From NCBI RefSeq assembly GCF_009914755.1, contig NC_060938.1: a stretch of 64,000 bases of DNA, one strand, 5' to 3'. Made by a program: the position numbers and the translations under genes. This document shows positions 39,670-52,450 of the stretch, piece by piece; position 1 is the first letter of the stretch; each line of letters begins with the position of its first letter. Under the pieces are notes generated by a model, which saw only the letters and a list, made by a program, of their open reading frames with translations, was not told the origin of the DNA and made no database searches. The DNA comes from the human T2T-CHM13v2.0 reference genome, Homo sapiens.

Positions 39670-40458
39670 TGATATGGGTAGGAGGCAGGGAAATACTGGG
39701 TAGAAGAGGGCAGTTCCCCAGCCAAGGCCCCACTCTCAAACCTGGAAACTGCTGCCCTAAATGAGAACAGTTATCCCCGTTTTCCTTCCCAAATGCTACC
39801 TTTTTGGCCTGCCCTGCCTCCTATCCTGTGCCCCTATAAACCCCAGACCTCAGCTGGCAAAGAGGCAAGTGGCTGAACGTAGAGAGGAGAAGAAGCAACT
39901 GGGTGTCAGATACTTCAGATAGACGTGGCTTAGCTTCAGATGGCACAACTTCGGAGAGGAGCTCAGCAGTCTCTGGCTGGGCTTCCAGGAAAGATTACTT
40001 TCTTCCTGCTCCATCCCCCTTCCACCTCCCCTTCTGCTGAGAGCCACTTCCACTGCTTAATAAAATCCTCTGTTTTCATCACCTTTGAGACCGTTTGTGT
40101 GACCTGATTCTTCCTGGACACTGGACAAGAATTCAGGATGCCCTGGATGTGGGAACCCAAAAAGGCTGTCACACTGACTCTTCACTGAGCTGTTTAACAC
40201 TTAAGCTGTCCATGGACAGCAAAGCTAAAAGAGCATTAGTTGTAACACACCCCTAGATTGCTGTGGGGCCAGAGCCCAAAAGTGCTCACCCTGGCCCCGA
40301 CACCCACTCGCCTGTGTGCTCCATCCCATGTGGGGTTGAATCCAGAGGGTTTGAGCAAGTGGTGTTTGTCCCTGCTGTAGCGAAGTGGCGAGACGGGCCA
40401 AGAGCCAGTGCACTCCAGTTCCTGGCCATGAAAGGATCAAGGGAACTATTCTGTCTCA
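39670..40458 (+). mobile_element. MER50 (ERV1) solo LTR, complete
   Basis: TG...CA ends; opens 'tgatatgggtaggaggcagggaaatactgggtagaagagggc'; TATAAA 39835-39840, AATAAA 40059-40064; 4-bp TSD cttg/tttg. Confidence 0.9.
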
Positions 40459-40479
40459 TTTGTATAGTGATAAGTATGC

Positions 40480-40660
40480 AGTAGGTATTGTTCTAAGCCA
40501 TAATTTATGTTAACACTTTTTATCTTCATTGAAACCATAGAAGACAGGCACTAGTATTATCCCCATTTTACAGAACACAGAGGCACAGTGAGTGACTTGT
40601 CTACAAGTCATGGGTACCAATGACTAGACATTCTGGCTTCAAAGTCTATCCTCTTAATAT
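40480..40660 (-). mobile_element. MIR
   Basis: 'aggcactagtattatccccattttacagaacacagaggcacagtgagtgacttgtc'. Confidence 0.75.
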
Positions 40661-40741
40661 TGTACACACAATGACAGAATTACAGTCTACAGAATTGCAG
40701 AACAGTATGAGAGAGTTTGTCCTTAGAAAAAAGCATATTTA

Positions 40742-40916
40742 TTTTCTTTCTTTTTTTTTAAAACAAGGATATCCACATTTTATTGTTTTCCTTTTATCTG
40801 ATTCTGAAAAAAAAAAATTTACCAGAACTATGTATTTTTTCCTGTGGATATAATCATCAGGCTAATCCCTACGATGACTAAAAGTTGTGGTGGTTGCATG
40901 GTCACCAACTTCTCTC
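40742..40916 (-). other. Putative L1 3'-transduced segment with its own poly(A) signal and tail
   Basis: Unique sequence 40760-40916 between two poly-T tracts; tttatt (AATAAA on minus) at 40779-40784, 19 nt from the poly-T ending at 40759; lies inside the Alu TSD pair. Confidence 0.75.
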
Positions 40917-40983
40917 TTTTTTCTTTTCTTTTCTTTTTTTTTTTAATTTTATTATTATTATACTTTAAGTTTTAGGGTACATG
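40917..40983 (-). mobile_element. Extremely 5'-truncated young L1 (L1HS/L1PA2-5 type) 3' tip plus poly(A)
   Basis: 'attattattatactttaagttttagggtacatg' is the reverse complement of the young L1PA 3' terminus. Confidence 0.9.
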
Positions 40984-41266
40984 CTTGTTTGTTTGTCTGA
41001 TGGAGACTTGCTCTGTTGCCCAGGCTGGAGTGCAGTTCACTGCAGCCTCTGCCTCCTGGGTTCAAGCAATTCTCCTGCCTCAGCCTCCTGAGTAGCTGGG
41101 ATCACAGGCACCCACCACCATGCCTGGCTAATTTTTTTGTATTTTTAGTAGAGATAGGGTTTCACCATGTTGGCCAGGCTGGTCTCCCACTCCTGACCTC
41201 AAGTGATCCACCTACCTTGGTTTCCCAAAGTGCTAGGATTACAGACATAAGCCACTGCACCTGGCT
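40984..41266 (-). mobile_element. AluS (Sz/Sx-like) with a small right-arm deletion
   Basis: Reverse dimer; 'tgcagt|tcactgc' lacks ~14 nt; TSD aaaagcatattt at 41268-41279 with partner at 40729-40740. Confidence 0.95.
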
Positions 41267-43141
41267 GAAAAGCATATTTTCTGAGTTAGAACTTCCTGGA
41301 TTTAATTTCTGACTCCATCACTTGCAACATATTGGTGCTGTGCATGTTATTAGAATGATTTGAGGTCATCTAAATATTAAGGATATGCTAAGGTATGTTG
41401 AAAACATCATGCAGAGTTACACATAGTAGGGTTCAAATATTCATTTCTAACTTTTCTTTCATTAAAGAGTTCCTCTTCCTCTTGAATAAAATTAAGTAAA
41501 ATAAGTATGCTATAAAAAATAAAAGGCAATGTATCATAACACGGTAGACATTAGAAGAAGACAGTTGTCACTAGTAGGGCAAGAAACCTAGGTAGAATAA
41601 TGAAGCTGAGGTAGAATAATGAAGTTCTGGGTTAAAGTACCAAAGGCTGTCAAATATTCATGGCATCACCATGGCTCTGGGCTTACTGAAAAGGAAGTAT
41701 CTAAAATTGGTATGCAGGCTCAAGGCTCAGATAACCTTGTCCTGTTCAAACCTTTAACAGTTGAAGTATCTCAAATATATTAAACATTGGAGGTCGAGAA
41801 TGCCAAGTCAAAAGCAAAAGGGAGCCTTTTACAGTGGATATGTGTGTTTCTCTGAAGTCTAAAGTCAGAGGGGACAGTGGTTGTAGGTAGGTTGGGAACA
41901 AGAAAGATGAGGTGGGGAAGATGTCGTTTAGAGTGTGGCAACCTCAGGCAGTTAGCCTCAAAGCATTTACCAAAGAGGAAGAACAAACACTATAGCAGTA
42001 GCCCAAGGAAACTCTTCTTTCTGGATCCTCTTTTTGAGCTGCTGAGCTGATATTCCACCTGTGTGGAGATAGCTTAGTGCAAAACAGCTGGGTTTTGAAT
42101 ATGTAAACACTCACCGGAAATCTGTAAATCAGGGGTAAAGCCATGTGGTTGTGTATCTTTTCTATGGTACCTGCAAACTACAGCTGTTCATGGAGACAGT
42201 GCTTGTATTATGTGGCTGTGGGTGTCTCCTGGATGGAACATAGATAGATAGTGCCTATTCTTTCCTCAATGTGGTGATCCAACAGCAAAGGAAGGACTGC
42301 TGGATGTGTAGGAGTGGGAGGAGGAGAAAGTGGTGTGATGGAAATGCAAGGCAGAAAGGGAATGGCTGGTGCCATCTGCAAGGGAGATGGAGCCCTCCTG
42401 AATTCCTGGCAGAGCTATTGAGATGAAATTGATAAGGAAAGTGAGAACTCATCACCCACATATACTGTATTATCTCTGAGAGAGAAAAAAAGACCTGTCT
42501 GTAATGAGCTTTTAGCTTGCATCTGAAGGAGTCTGCTAACTTGAGCTACCAGAATAATATTTGCCATATTCTTTTTAAAAAATATTGGTTTTTATTTTGT
42601 GCTTTAATTCAGTGTTAAGTGAGTTGTTGACTTTTTTGGTTTGTTTAAAAAAGAAGTTAAACAGTTGGAATCCCATGTAGGCATAAAAGTGGGGTTCTAA
42701 AAACTAGGTCCGTCCTGGGTCCTAACACTTCCCACATATAGATACGTGTTTAGTGACAGTGGGCATTAGAACAGCTAATTAATAACTAATACCGTAAATA
42801 TTATATATTAGGATCTAGGATTCTCTGGTCATGTACCATGTTAGAGAAACAACTTCTGAAGTGCTATAGGTTGAGCTAGAAGTGTTTATGTGCCTAAGTG
42901 TGCTTTAGGTACTCCAAGCAAATCTTTAGTATAAGTTTTATGGTTGTTTATTACTTAAAATAGGAAAGCTTCACTAATAGAGTGGTTGTTATAAGTAAGG
43001 GTTAGAGAGAGCATATTAAGTTATACCTGGGAGTTTATAGTTCTTTAAATCTTGTCAAACTGTATTATTCTTTTAAATATGTCATATGACAGTTTATAAT
43101 TATTGTGAATACTTTAAAAAGCTGGTGGTGAATACGTTACA

Positions 43142-43487
<346 letters not shown>

Positions 43488-44134
43488 TTAATTATTTGAG
43501 ACATGTTCTATAATCACAATCACCACTGATTAGTAGTCAACCATGTTGAAGTTATAGTACCTGTGAGGAAATAGCCTTAAACACAGAATCACATAAATAT
43601 CAGAGCCATACTGGGAAATACCTTTATTAATTAGAAAATGTTTGCCATTCTGGCTTCTAAAGAAATCCAACTATTCTTGAGTTGCAACTGTAACATACCC
43701 TTAAGTAAAAATCAGTTAGTTCATACTTCATGGTAGCAAGGACTCCAACCTTTTGATAGACTTACTTTTTCTAAATTCCCTGCAATTAAGCCTCTACTTA
43801 GCTTAACCACCTTCAGTGATTGGGAGCTCACTCTTTCGCTGTTAAAGTGTTTCTATTTATTAGAAAGTCTGTCTTTATAGTAGGAAAAACTTTGCCTCTT
43901 TGCAAATTAACCGTAGGGATGCCATTTGGAACAACATGGCACATATTTATTTCCTCTTTCTTCCAATAAACTAAATTTTAAATATTTTGAGAGAGCCATC
44001 GTCTCACCTTTCAATATTTATAGTCCCAGATTCTCAGTTGTTTGGCAATTCCATGACTGTAAGCTTTTTAATCATCCTATTTTGGATACTTTCTAGTTTG
44101 TCAGTGTTCTGATTAAGACATTTCAGGACATGAT

Positions 44135-44500
44135 TCATCCACTCATTACATACTTAGTAAGCTCCTATTATGTGCCAGGAACTGAGGATACAATGGTGAA
44201 CAAGAGAGACAATCCTTCCATGCTCTAAGGGATAGGCAATAAACAAGTATATATATGTATTTTGTTTTCAGGTAAATGTTAAGTGCTGTGAAGAAAAATA
44301 CAATGAATGTATAGAAAGTGTTGGCAATGGAAGAGGTCTATTTTAGATAAGGTCATTAGGGAAGATCTTTCCAAGTAAGTGGCATTTTATCTGAAATCTG
44401 AGTGCAATGCAGTGCACCTGCAGTGATCTCAAAAAGGAGGTTCAAAGAAGGAAAACAGCAATTACCAAGGCTGTGAGGTGGGGATGATGTGACAATTTAT
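44135..44500 (-). mobile_element. L2 3' portion
   Basis: 'tacttagtaagctcctattatgtgccaggaactgaggatacaatggtgaacaagagagac...ttttagataaggtcattagggaaga'. Confidence 0.8.
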
Positions 44501-44634
44501 AATAAATTAAGGTCCCCAGCTTTTCCCCTTCTCATGACTCCCAAGGAACCCTAAAAAGGATAAACCTACATGGTTCAGTGTTAGTGAAAATTCTTTTTTT
44601 AAAAATTTTTGCTGGTTCAACTTCTTCCTCCTTG

Positions 44635-44636
<2 letters not shown>

Positions 44637-44670
<34 letters not shown>
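44637..44670. repeat. (AC)17 microsatellite
   Basis: Perfect dinucleotide run. Confidence 0.98.
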
Positions 44671-44672
<2 letters not shown>

Positions 44673-44807
44673 ATTCTCCTAAAGATAATATCATCTCTGC
44701 TAGATCCATTCTTTGAGATTTGTGATACAGCACTGAAAGACTGAGAAGAAAGAGAGAATTAAAGTAGCAGGACTAAAAATGGGCATGTTTAGCCAGGGAG
44801 GCATCAT

Positions 44808-45058
44808 TGAAAGTTGCAAACTCAAAGTTCTACAGGAACTAGGGCTAACATATATGAGTGATGCAGGATGGGTATAAAGCAATGAAGGATCATGGTTCCC
44901 ACTGTGGCATACCCCATCTAAAGAGGTCAGCTTCTACTCAGCTAGAGCAAATTGTTGGAATGCATAATGCAAACCCACTGTTGCCACATGTCCCAATTTT
45001 TCAAGAATAGTAACAGATCTGGTTTTTACATTAGATTTTTCAATTTTAAAAACACTGC
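44808..45058 (+). mobile_element. MER102 hAT-Charlie, left part
   Basis: 'gttgcaaactcaaagttctacagg...ccccatctaaagaggtcagcttctactcagct...ttgccacatgtcccaatttttcaagaa...tttaaaaacactg'. Confidence 0.8.
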
Positions 45059-46161
45059 CACAGGGACTCCCACTCCCAAAAAATTGGATAGACATATTGG
45101 TCCCTGTTCCATCCTTAAGTACAATTAAAACCCAATGACATTATATATAAGAAGACTCTGAAACATGAGAGGGAAAAGGGAAACCAGTTAGGAACCTTGG
45201 GACTCGTGGGAATACATGGTAGTAAGTTTCTTGAGTTTTCTTTTGCCTCCTGTATTCCATATCTGGAGCTAAAGAAGCTGAAAAGCTGGAAACATCAATC
45301 TACACAGGCAAAAAAGCCCAAGAAAAGCCTGTTTTCTCTAGCCCCAAAACTGGAAAGGGGAAGCCTACAGGACAGAAAACCCTATTCCAGCTGAATAGCC
45401 CAGAAATATTTGACAATTATATAATTAACAGGGGTAGGTAAAGGGAGATAAATTTCATTTCACTGCAACTGGTAAAATGATGACACGAGTGGATTGTGAT
45501 AAGTTATGTATATATAAGGTAATAACCAGATAAACCATTAAGAAAGCTACACAAAAAGATATATACTTTGTATGTAAAAACATTATGGACAAATCAAAAC
45601 GGAATTCTAAAAATTATTCAAGTAATCAATAGGACAGCAGGAAAAAGAAAACAGAAATAAAGAACAGAGAAAATAAAAGAAATAGTAGACTTAAGCCCCA
45701 ACATAACAATAATTACATTAAATGTAAATGGCTTAATAATTCCAATTAAAGAGATTGGGAGAAAGGATTAAAAACATGACCCAACTCTGTGTTATCTATG
45801 AGAAATACACTTTCGATATAATTATGTAGACAAAATGAAAATGATAGGTAAATATATATTATGCCAACATTAATTGAAAGAAAATAGGAGTGATGATATT
45901 AATATCACATAGACTTTAGAGCAAAGACTGTTGCCAGAGACAAACAGGGACATTTTAAATGATAAAATGGTCAGTGTACCAAGAACACTGCAATCCTAAA
46001 TGTACATGTACAAAATACAGAGTTGCAAAATGTGTGAAGCACAAATAGACTAAAAAGAGAAATAGACAAATTCGCAGTTATGGTTGGAGGCTTCACAGTC
46101 TTCTCAAAATTGGTAATAGGTAATTGGTAATAAATTGATATAGGAAATCAGCAAGGATAAA

Positions 46162-46520
46162 TGTATGAGTCTGCTAGGGATGCTGTAACATAATGTCACA
46201 CACAGAGTGGCTTAAACAATCTAAATTTATTTCTCACAAGATAATGTGGAAGCTGAAAGTCCAAGAGAGAGGTGTCAGAAGTTTGGTTTATTCTGCTGAG
46301 GCCTCTCTCTTTGGCTTGCTTTCTCAATATGTCCTCACCTGGCCTTTCCTTGGTGTGCCTGCACATCCCCAGTGTCTCTTTATAAGGTCACCAGTCTTAC
46401 TGGTCACCCTGATCACCTCATTTAACCTTTTAAAAGATTTTGTCTCCAAATAAAGTCACATTGGGAGTTAGAGCTTCAACATATGAATTGGGATGGGGAA
46501 ACATAATTTAGTCCATAACA
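46162..46520 (-). mobile_element. MLT1B-like solo LTR inside the L1
   Basis: 'tgtatgagtctgctagggatgctgtaaca...gaggcctctctctttggcttgc...ttcaacatatgaatt...tagtccataaca'; TSD ataaa/atata. Confidence 0.88.
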
Positions 46521-46828
46521 ATATAAAATAACTCAAAACCACTACCAACTAATACGAACTAATTGACATATATAGAATACCCAACAGCAGCAGAATACAT
46601 ATTTTTTTGCAGGTGTCCATAGAACATATACCAAGATAGACCACATCCTGGGCCATAAAACAAACCTCAATAAATTCAAAAGAATTGAAATACAAATTGT
46701 GTTCACTGACCAAAATGGAACCAATCTAGAAATTAATAACAGATTGATAGCAGGAAACTCTAAATACTTAGACACTATACAAGAGACTTCTAAATAACCC
46801 ATAAGTTAGAGGAAGTTTCAAGAAATCA

Positions 46829-47135
<307 letters not shown>

Positions 47136-47218
47136 TCAAATCATTAAACCAAATGAAAATGTAACATATTAAAATTTGTGAAACTCAGCCAAAGCAATGC
47201 TGAGAAAGACAGTTATGT

Positions 47219-47346
47219 AGCTAAATACATACATTAGAAAAGAGGAAAAGTCTCAAATCAATAATCAAACTCACATCTTAAAAGCTAAATACATACATTA
47301 GAAAAGAGGAAAAGTCTCAAATCAATAATCAAACTCACATCTTAAA
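47219..47346. repeat. Perfect 64-bp tandem duplication
   Basis: 47219-47282 is identical to 47283-47346. Confidence 0.97.
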
Positions 47347-48824
47347 AATCTAGAGATCAAAGAGCAAAGTAAGTCCAAAGAAAGCAGAAGAAAGGAAAGA
47401 ATAAAGAGAAGAGCAGCAATCAATGAAACTGAAAACAGAAAAACAACCTAGAACATCAATGAAACAAATAAATGATTCCATGAAAAGAACAACAAAATTG
47501 ACACAACTTTAGCTAGACTAATAAAGAAGAAAAGACAGAAATTGCCAATATCAAAAATGAAATAAAGGATATCGCTATAGACATTGTAGACAATGAAAGG
47601 CAATAAAAGAATACTGCAAAGCAACCCTACACACAAAAGTTTGATAACTTAGAAGAAACAGATCACATTCTGAAAAAAAAAATCTACCGCAACTTGGTAA
47701 TATAAAATAGATAATATGAGTAGCCATACAACTATTAAGGAAATTGAATTCATAATTTAAAAACTCCCACAAAAGAAACTTCTAGGCCCAGATGATTGTA
47801 CTGAGAATTCTACCAAACAGCAGAGTTGACACTAATTGCATATAAGCTCTTCTAGAAAATAGAAAAGGAGAAATCTCTTCCCTATTTATTTTATGAAGTT
47901 AGTATTACTCTGATACCCAAAACCAGACAAAGATAGTACAAAAACCCCACTACATACCAATGTCCTTCATGAATATGACACACAATCTTTAAAAAAATAT
48001 TAGCAAGTACAATTCAGCAATATGTAAAAAGAATTATGTACCAGGAACAAGTAAAGTAGAAGGGTGCAGGGAATGCAAATCTGGCTCAGCATTCAAAAAT
48101 TGATATATCCCACAATATTAACAGGCTAAAAAGAAAAATCATGTGATTATATCAATTGATGCAGAAAAAGCACTTGACAAAATTCAACACTTCTTTATGA
48201 TAAAAACTCTCAGAAAAATAGTAATAGAGGGAAACATTCTCAATAAGGAGCATTCACTGAACACCTACAGCTAACATTATAATTCATGTGAATGGCTAAG
48301 TGCTTTTGCACTAAGATCATAAAGAAACCCAGAATAACTGCTCTCTCAGCTCTTATTCAAATAGTGCTAGAAGTTCTAGCCAGTGAAATAAGGCAAGAAA
48401 AGGAATAAAAGGCATATAAGTTGGAAAGGAAGAAATAAACTGCCCCTATTTTCAGCAGACAGAGAAATCCCAAGAAATCTACCATAAACACTCGCAGAGC
48501 TAACAGGTAAGTTCAGCAGTGTCACAGGATTCAATTTAAATATACAAAGAACAATTGTATTTCTATGTATTAGTAGTGAACCACATGGACATCAAAATTA
48601 AAATATGATGCCATTTATAATGGCTCAGAAAATAAAATACTTCAGTATAAATCTAACAAAATGTGCACAACTTGTATGCTGAAAACTGCAATGCTAAAAG
48701 AAATAAAATCTAAAAGAAATAGAGGAAATAAAAACAATCTAAATAAATGGAGAAGCTAACATATCATGACTTGGAAGACTCAAAATAGTAGAGATTTCAA
48801 TTCTCCCTGAATTGATATCCAGGT

Positions 48825-49386
48825 TGTAATGAGTTGAGTTTGGCCCCTCAAAAGATGTGTTTACAGCTTGCAGTGAGCCGAGATTGCGCCACTGCAGTCC
48901 GCAGTCCGGCCTGGGCGACAGAGCGAGACTCCGTCTCAAAAAAAAAAAAAAAAAAAAAAGATGTGTTTACATCTTAATCCCTGGAATCTGTGAATGCTAC
49001 CTTACTTGGAAAAAGAGTCTTTGCAGATGTAATTATTTTAAGAATCTTGACATGAGGAGATCATCCTGGATTATCTGGGTGGGCATAAATCCAATGACAA
49101 GTTTTCTTACAGGATACACACACACAGGAGTACACAGACGCAAAGGAGAAGGCAATGTGAAGACAGAGCAGAGGGAAATGCAGCCACAAGCCAAGAAATG
49201 TTACCAGTGCCAGAAGCTGGAGGAATTAAGAAAAGATTCTTCCCTAAAACCTCCAGAGGGAGTGCAAACTTGCTTGATCCTCTGATTTCAGACTCCTGGT
49301 CTTTAGAACTGTGAGAGAGTAATTTCTGTTTTCTTAAGCCATCAAGATTGTGTTAATTTCTTACAGTAGTCACAGACACTAATACA
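48825..49386 (+). mobile_element. MLT1C/D-like solo LTR inside the L1
   Basis: 'tgtaatgagttga...tggcccctcaaaagatgtgt...aaagagtctttgcagatgtaatt...agaactgtgagaga...ctaataca'; perfect TSD caggt at 48820-48824 and 49387-49391. Confidence 0.92.
48866..48955 (+). mobile_element. 5'-truncated AluYb8/Yb9 (human-specific)
   Basis: Diagnostic 7-nt duplication 'cactgcagtccgcagtccggcc'; all CpGs intact; pure A-tail; perfect 16-bp TSD aaaagatgtgtttaca at 48850-48865 and 48956-48971. Confidence 0.97.
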
Positions 49387-50800
49387 CAGGTTGAACACAA
49401 TTTCTTTCAAATCTTATCAAGTTTTTTTTTTTTTTTTAGATATAGACAAGATTATTGCAAAGGAAATGCTACCAGAATAGCTAACCTAATTTTTAAAACG
49501 AAGAATGCCATGGGAGAAATGAGACTACTCAATTTTAAAACTTATTATATAGATACAGTAATCAAGACTGTGTGTTACTGGTAAAGGGATAGACACACCG
49601 ATGAACAGAAGATCCAGATATGGCCACACGAATATGCCCAACTGATTATTGAAAACAGTGCAAAAGTAATTCAATGGAGAAAAGGTAGCTTTTTCAACAG
49701 ATGATGCTGGAGCAATTGCATATCCACTGGCAAAAAAATGAACCTCAACCTAAGTATCACTACTTATTAAAAAATTAGCTCAAAGTGGATCACAGACATA
49801 AATGTAAAATGTAAAAACTTTTTGAAAAACATAGGAGTTTTCTTCAAGTTCTAGGGCTAACCAAAGAGTTTCTTAGGCTTGTCCCCAAAAGCATAATTCC
49901 TAAGGGGGAAATTAATAAACTTCATAAAAATTAAAAACTTTTGCTTTAAGAGAATCCCCAATAAGAGGATGAAAAGACAAGTTATGGAGTGGGAGAAAAT
50001 ATTTGCAATATCCAGCAAAGGATTATTATCTAGAATATATAAAGCACCCTTAAAAGTCAACAGTAAAAAAGCTGTAGTGAAACTGGATCACTCATAGATT
50101 GCTGGTGATATGTGAAATGGTAAACCACTCTGGAAGAGAGTTTGACAATTTTTAAAAACTAAACATGCAATAACTGCATGACCCAGCAATTGCAGTCCTG
50201 GTCATTTATCCCAGGGAAATGACAGTATTACAAAATCGTGTACACAAAATCCTATACAAGAATGTCTATAGGAGATTATATTATAATAGCCCCAAACTGG
50301 AGATAACCCAGATATCCATCAATGAGTGAATGGTTAAACAAACCATGGTACATCTATACTTTGGAATACTTGCCAGTAATCAAAAGGGTTAAATTATTGA
50401 TTCATTCCATAAACTGGGTGAATCCCCAGATAATTATACTGAGTGAAAAAAGCCAATTCCCCAAAGGGTACATATTATATGATTTCATTCTTTATTCTTT
50501 CTTTAAATGACAAAAATATAAAAGAGTGAACAGGTTAGTGGTTTCCACTGTCTAGGCCTGGGGAGAGGGAAGAATGTGTGCGGCTGTGAAAGGACAACTT
50601 GAAGGGTTCTTGTGATGGAAATTTCCTGTATCTTGATGGTATCAACATCAATATTCTGCTTGTGATATTGTACTATAGGTTTCACAAGATGTTACTACTG
50701 GGGGAGACTGGATAAAGGATCCTTTGGAACTCTCTGTATTATTTCTTACAACATTCATGTAAATGTACAATTAACTCAATATAAAAAAAGTAATAAAAAA

Positions 50801-50865
50801 CTGTCAGCCAATCAGAACATGTGTTCAGGCCAGATATTGCCTGCTGGCTATACTTTGCATACTTT
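50801..50865 (+). mobile_element. MER102, right part
   Basis: 'ctgtcagccaatcagaacatgtgttcaggccagatattgcctgctggctatactttgc' continues the MER102 consensus from where 45058 stops. Confidence 0.65.
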
Positions 50866-52294
50866 GATATGCATAATAAAGTACAGTGAAGGCAGAGATA
50901 AAGGTGAAGAAAAAAGTTCAGTATGATGAGGTGGAAGAGAGGATTTGTGGGCTGATGGATAGAGATACTCTATAATAGCTGTGGGACATGATGAAAGTAG
51001 ATAGAACAGAGAGAGGATTTTTGTTAGTGATGCATTCTGTGTATGTGTTAGGGGGACCTTTCTTGTTTCCAAGAACTTCAGGGAAAGATATTAACCAATG
51101 TGTTTTCTTAAGCAGTGCTATTGCAAAGCGACTGAGCCACATAGATCTAGCATTGCAAGTGTTACAAGTCAATGTTAGGAAACCCTTGTGGTTACCTGGA
51201 AGAGACTGAAGTAGTGTAAATAAGAGATTTAAGTGAGATATGGCTAAATGTCCATATACTAACAATAGTGCGTGTTGCTTGCCTTGCAGATCCCGCTATC
51301 CATTTTCTCTTGGCACGTGCTCATGGCTACTGGCACCTATTCCTAGTAAGGGGAAGCTTGGCTCTGAACAGGCCCCTATTCCCTCTCCTTGTTTCCAATT
51401 TGTACTTAGGATTCTAAAGTAACAGTACTCAGGATATGTATGGAGACATTATCTCCTGGGGCTTGTGAGGCTGGATAGAGGGATTTGATAAGGTGCTGCA
51501 AGGTCTGTACGATCTCTCTGATCTGAGATCACACTGCAGGAGTGTGTGTGTGGGGAGGAGGGGGGCAATCTCCCTCTGCTTATTATGGTCAGTTTGGGTG
51601 TTCTCATGCCATTTAAGCCACCAACTGCTTATTCTGGGCCAAGAGCAAATGAGCTCAGGTGCATGGAATTGAAAGGTAATGAGAATGATTAATCAAATTC
51701 CTTCCAGTAAAGAATGCCACTTGCCAGACTCTGTCCTGGATAACCCTCCTACAAGTGAATCAGGGGCTGGGCTCTTCCCTTAGGTGTCTGGTATCTGAGG
51801 GTAGACATCTGTGCTTGGAGTGAACTCGGAATGACTGGAGGCCACTTTTGGCATGGTGTCTTTGCTTTATCAGGCTTCCCTGCCAAGGTCTGCTCACAAT
51901 CTCCTCTGGCCATGCTCATTTCGTTATGGAAAATAGGGTGAACATGAGTAATGGGAAATGCAGTTAGCTGTTGGGGCGAGATGGGCCCAGTGATTTCCTC
52001 CTGTACCATGGAAAGCTCTACATGGTGACTACAATGGTTTCAAACCAGTGCAGAGAGATACCTGGGGAGTGAATCATTCTGTTGTTGGCATATTTATTTA
52101 TCTCATTATATCTATTTATCTACCTTTAATCTAATTTTAGGTAAATAGAAATGAGTTGATCTTGGAAGACTGGGATTTTAACTTTTAAAATTTCTTGATA
52201 AGATGTTTACAATAGGCATATCATCTACTGTACAACTCTTAAACAATAATATAAAACTGCATAAGATACATGAACTTAAGCGTCTTTAGTTTTT

Positions 52295-52450
52295 TTGAGT
52301 TCTATTCCTGACTTGGCAACTAATGAATTAGCCACTCATTGGGGTGTAACTTTCCTTACCAGTAAAATGGGGCTCATAATGTCTACCTTGAGAGCAGATA
52401 GGATGGAGAGTGATGCCTGATGCATAGAAGGTACTCAGTAAGTGTTAATC
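52295..52450 (+). mobile_element. MIR
   Basis: 'tttccttaccagtaaaatggggctcataatgtctacct...tgcctgatgcatagaaggtactcagtaagtgtta'. Confidence 0.7.

Noticed and set aside
40917-41266. Single Alu-L1 template-switch chimera
   Set aside because: Not excluded but disfavoured: the Alu is a diverged S-type copy while the L1 tip matches much younger subfamilies, and the extra segment with a second poly(A) fits a later transduction. A clear L1-specific TSD could not be read in the low-complexity tail.
48857-49285. 142-aa ORF with a poly-Lys stretch
   Set aside because: Composite of AluYb8, its A-tail and an MLT1 LTR.
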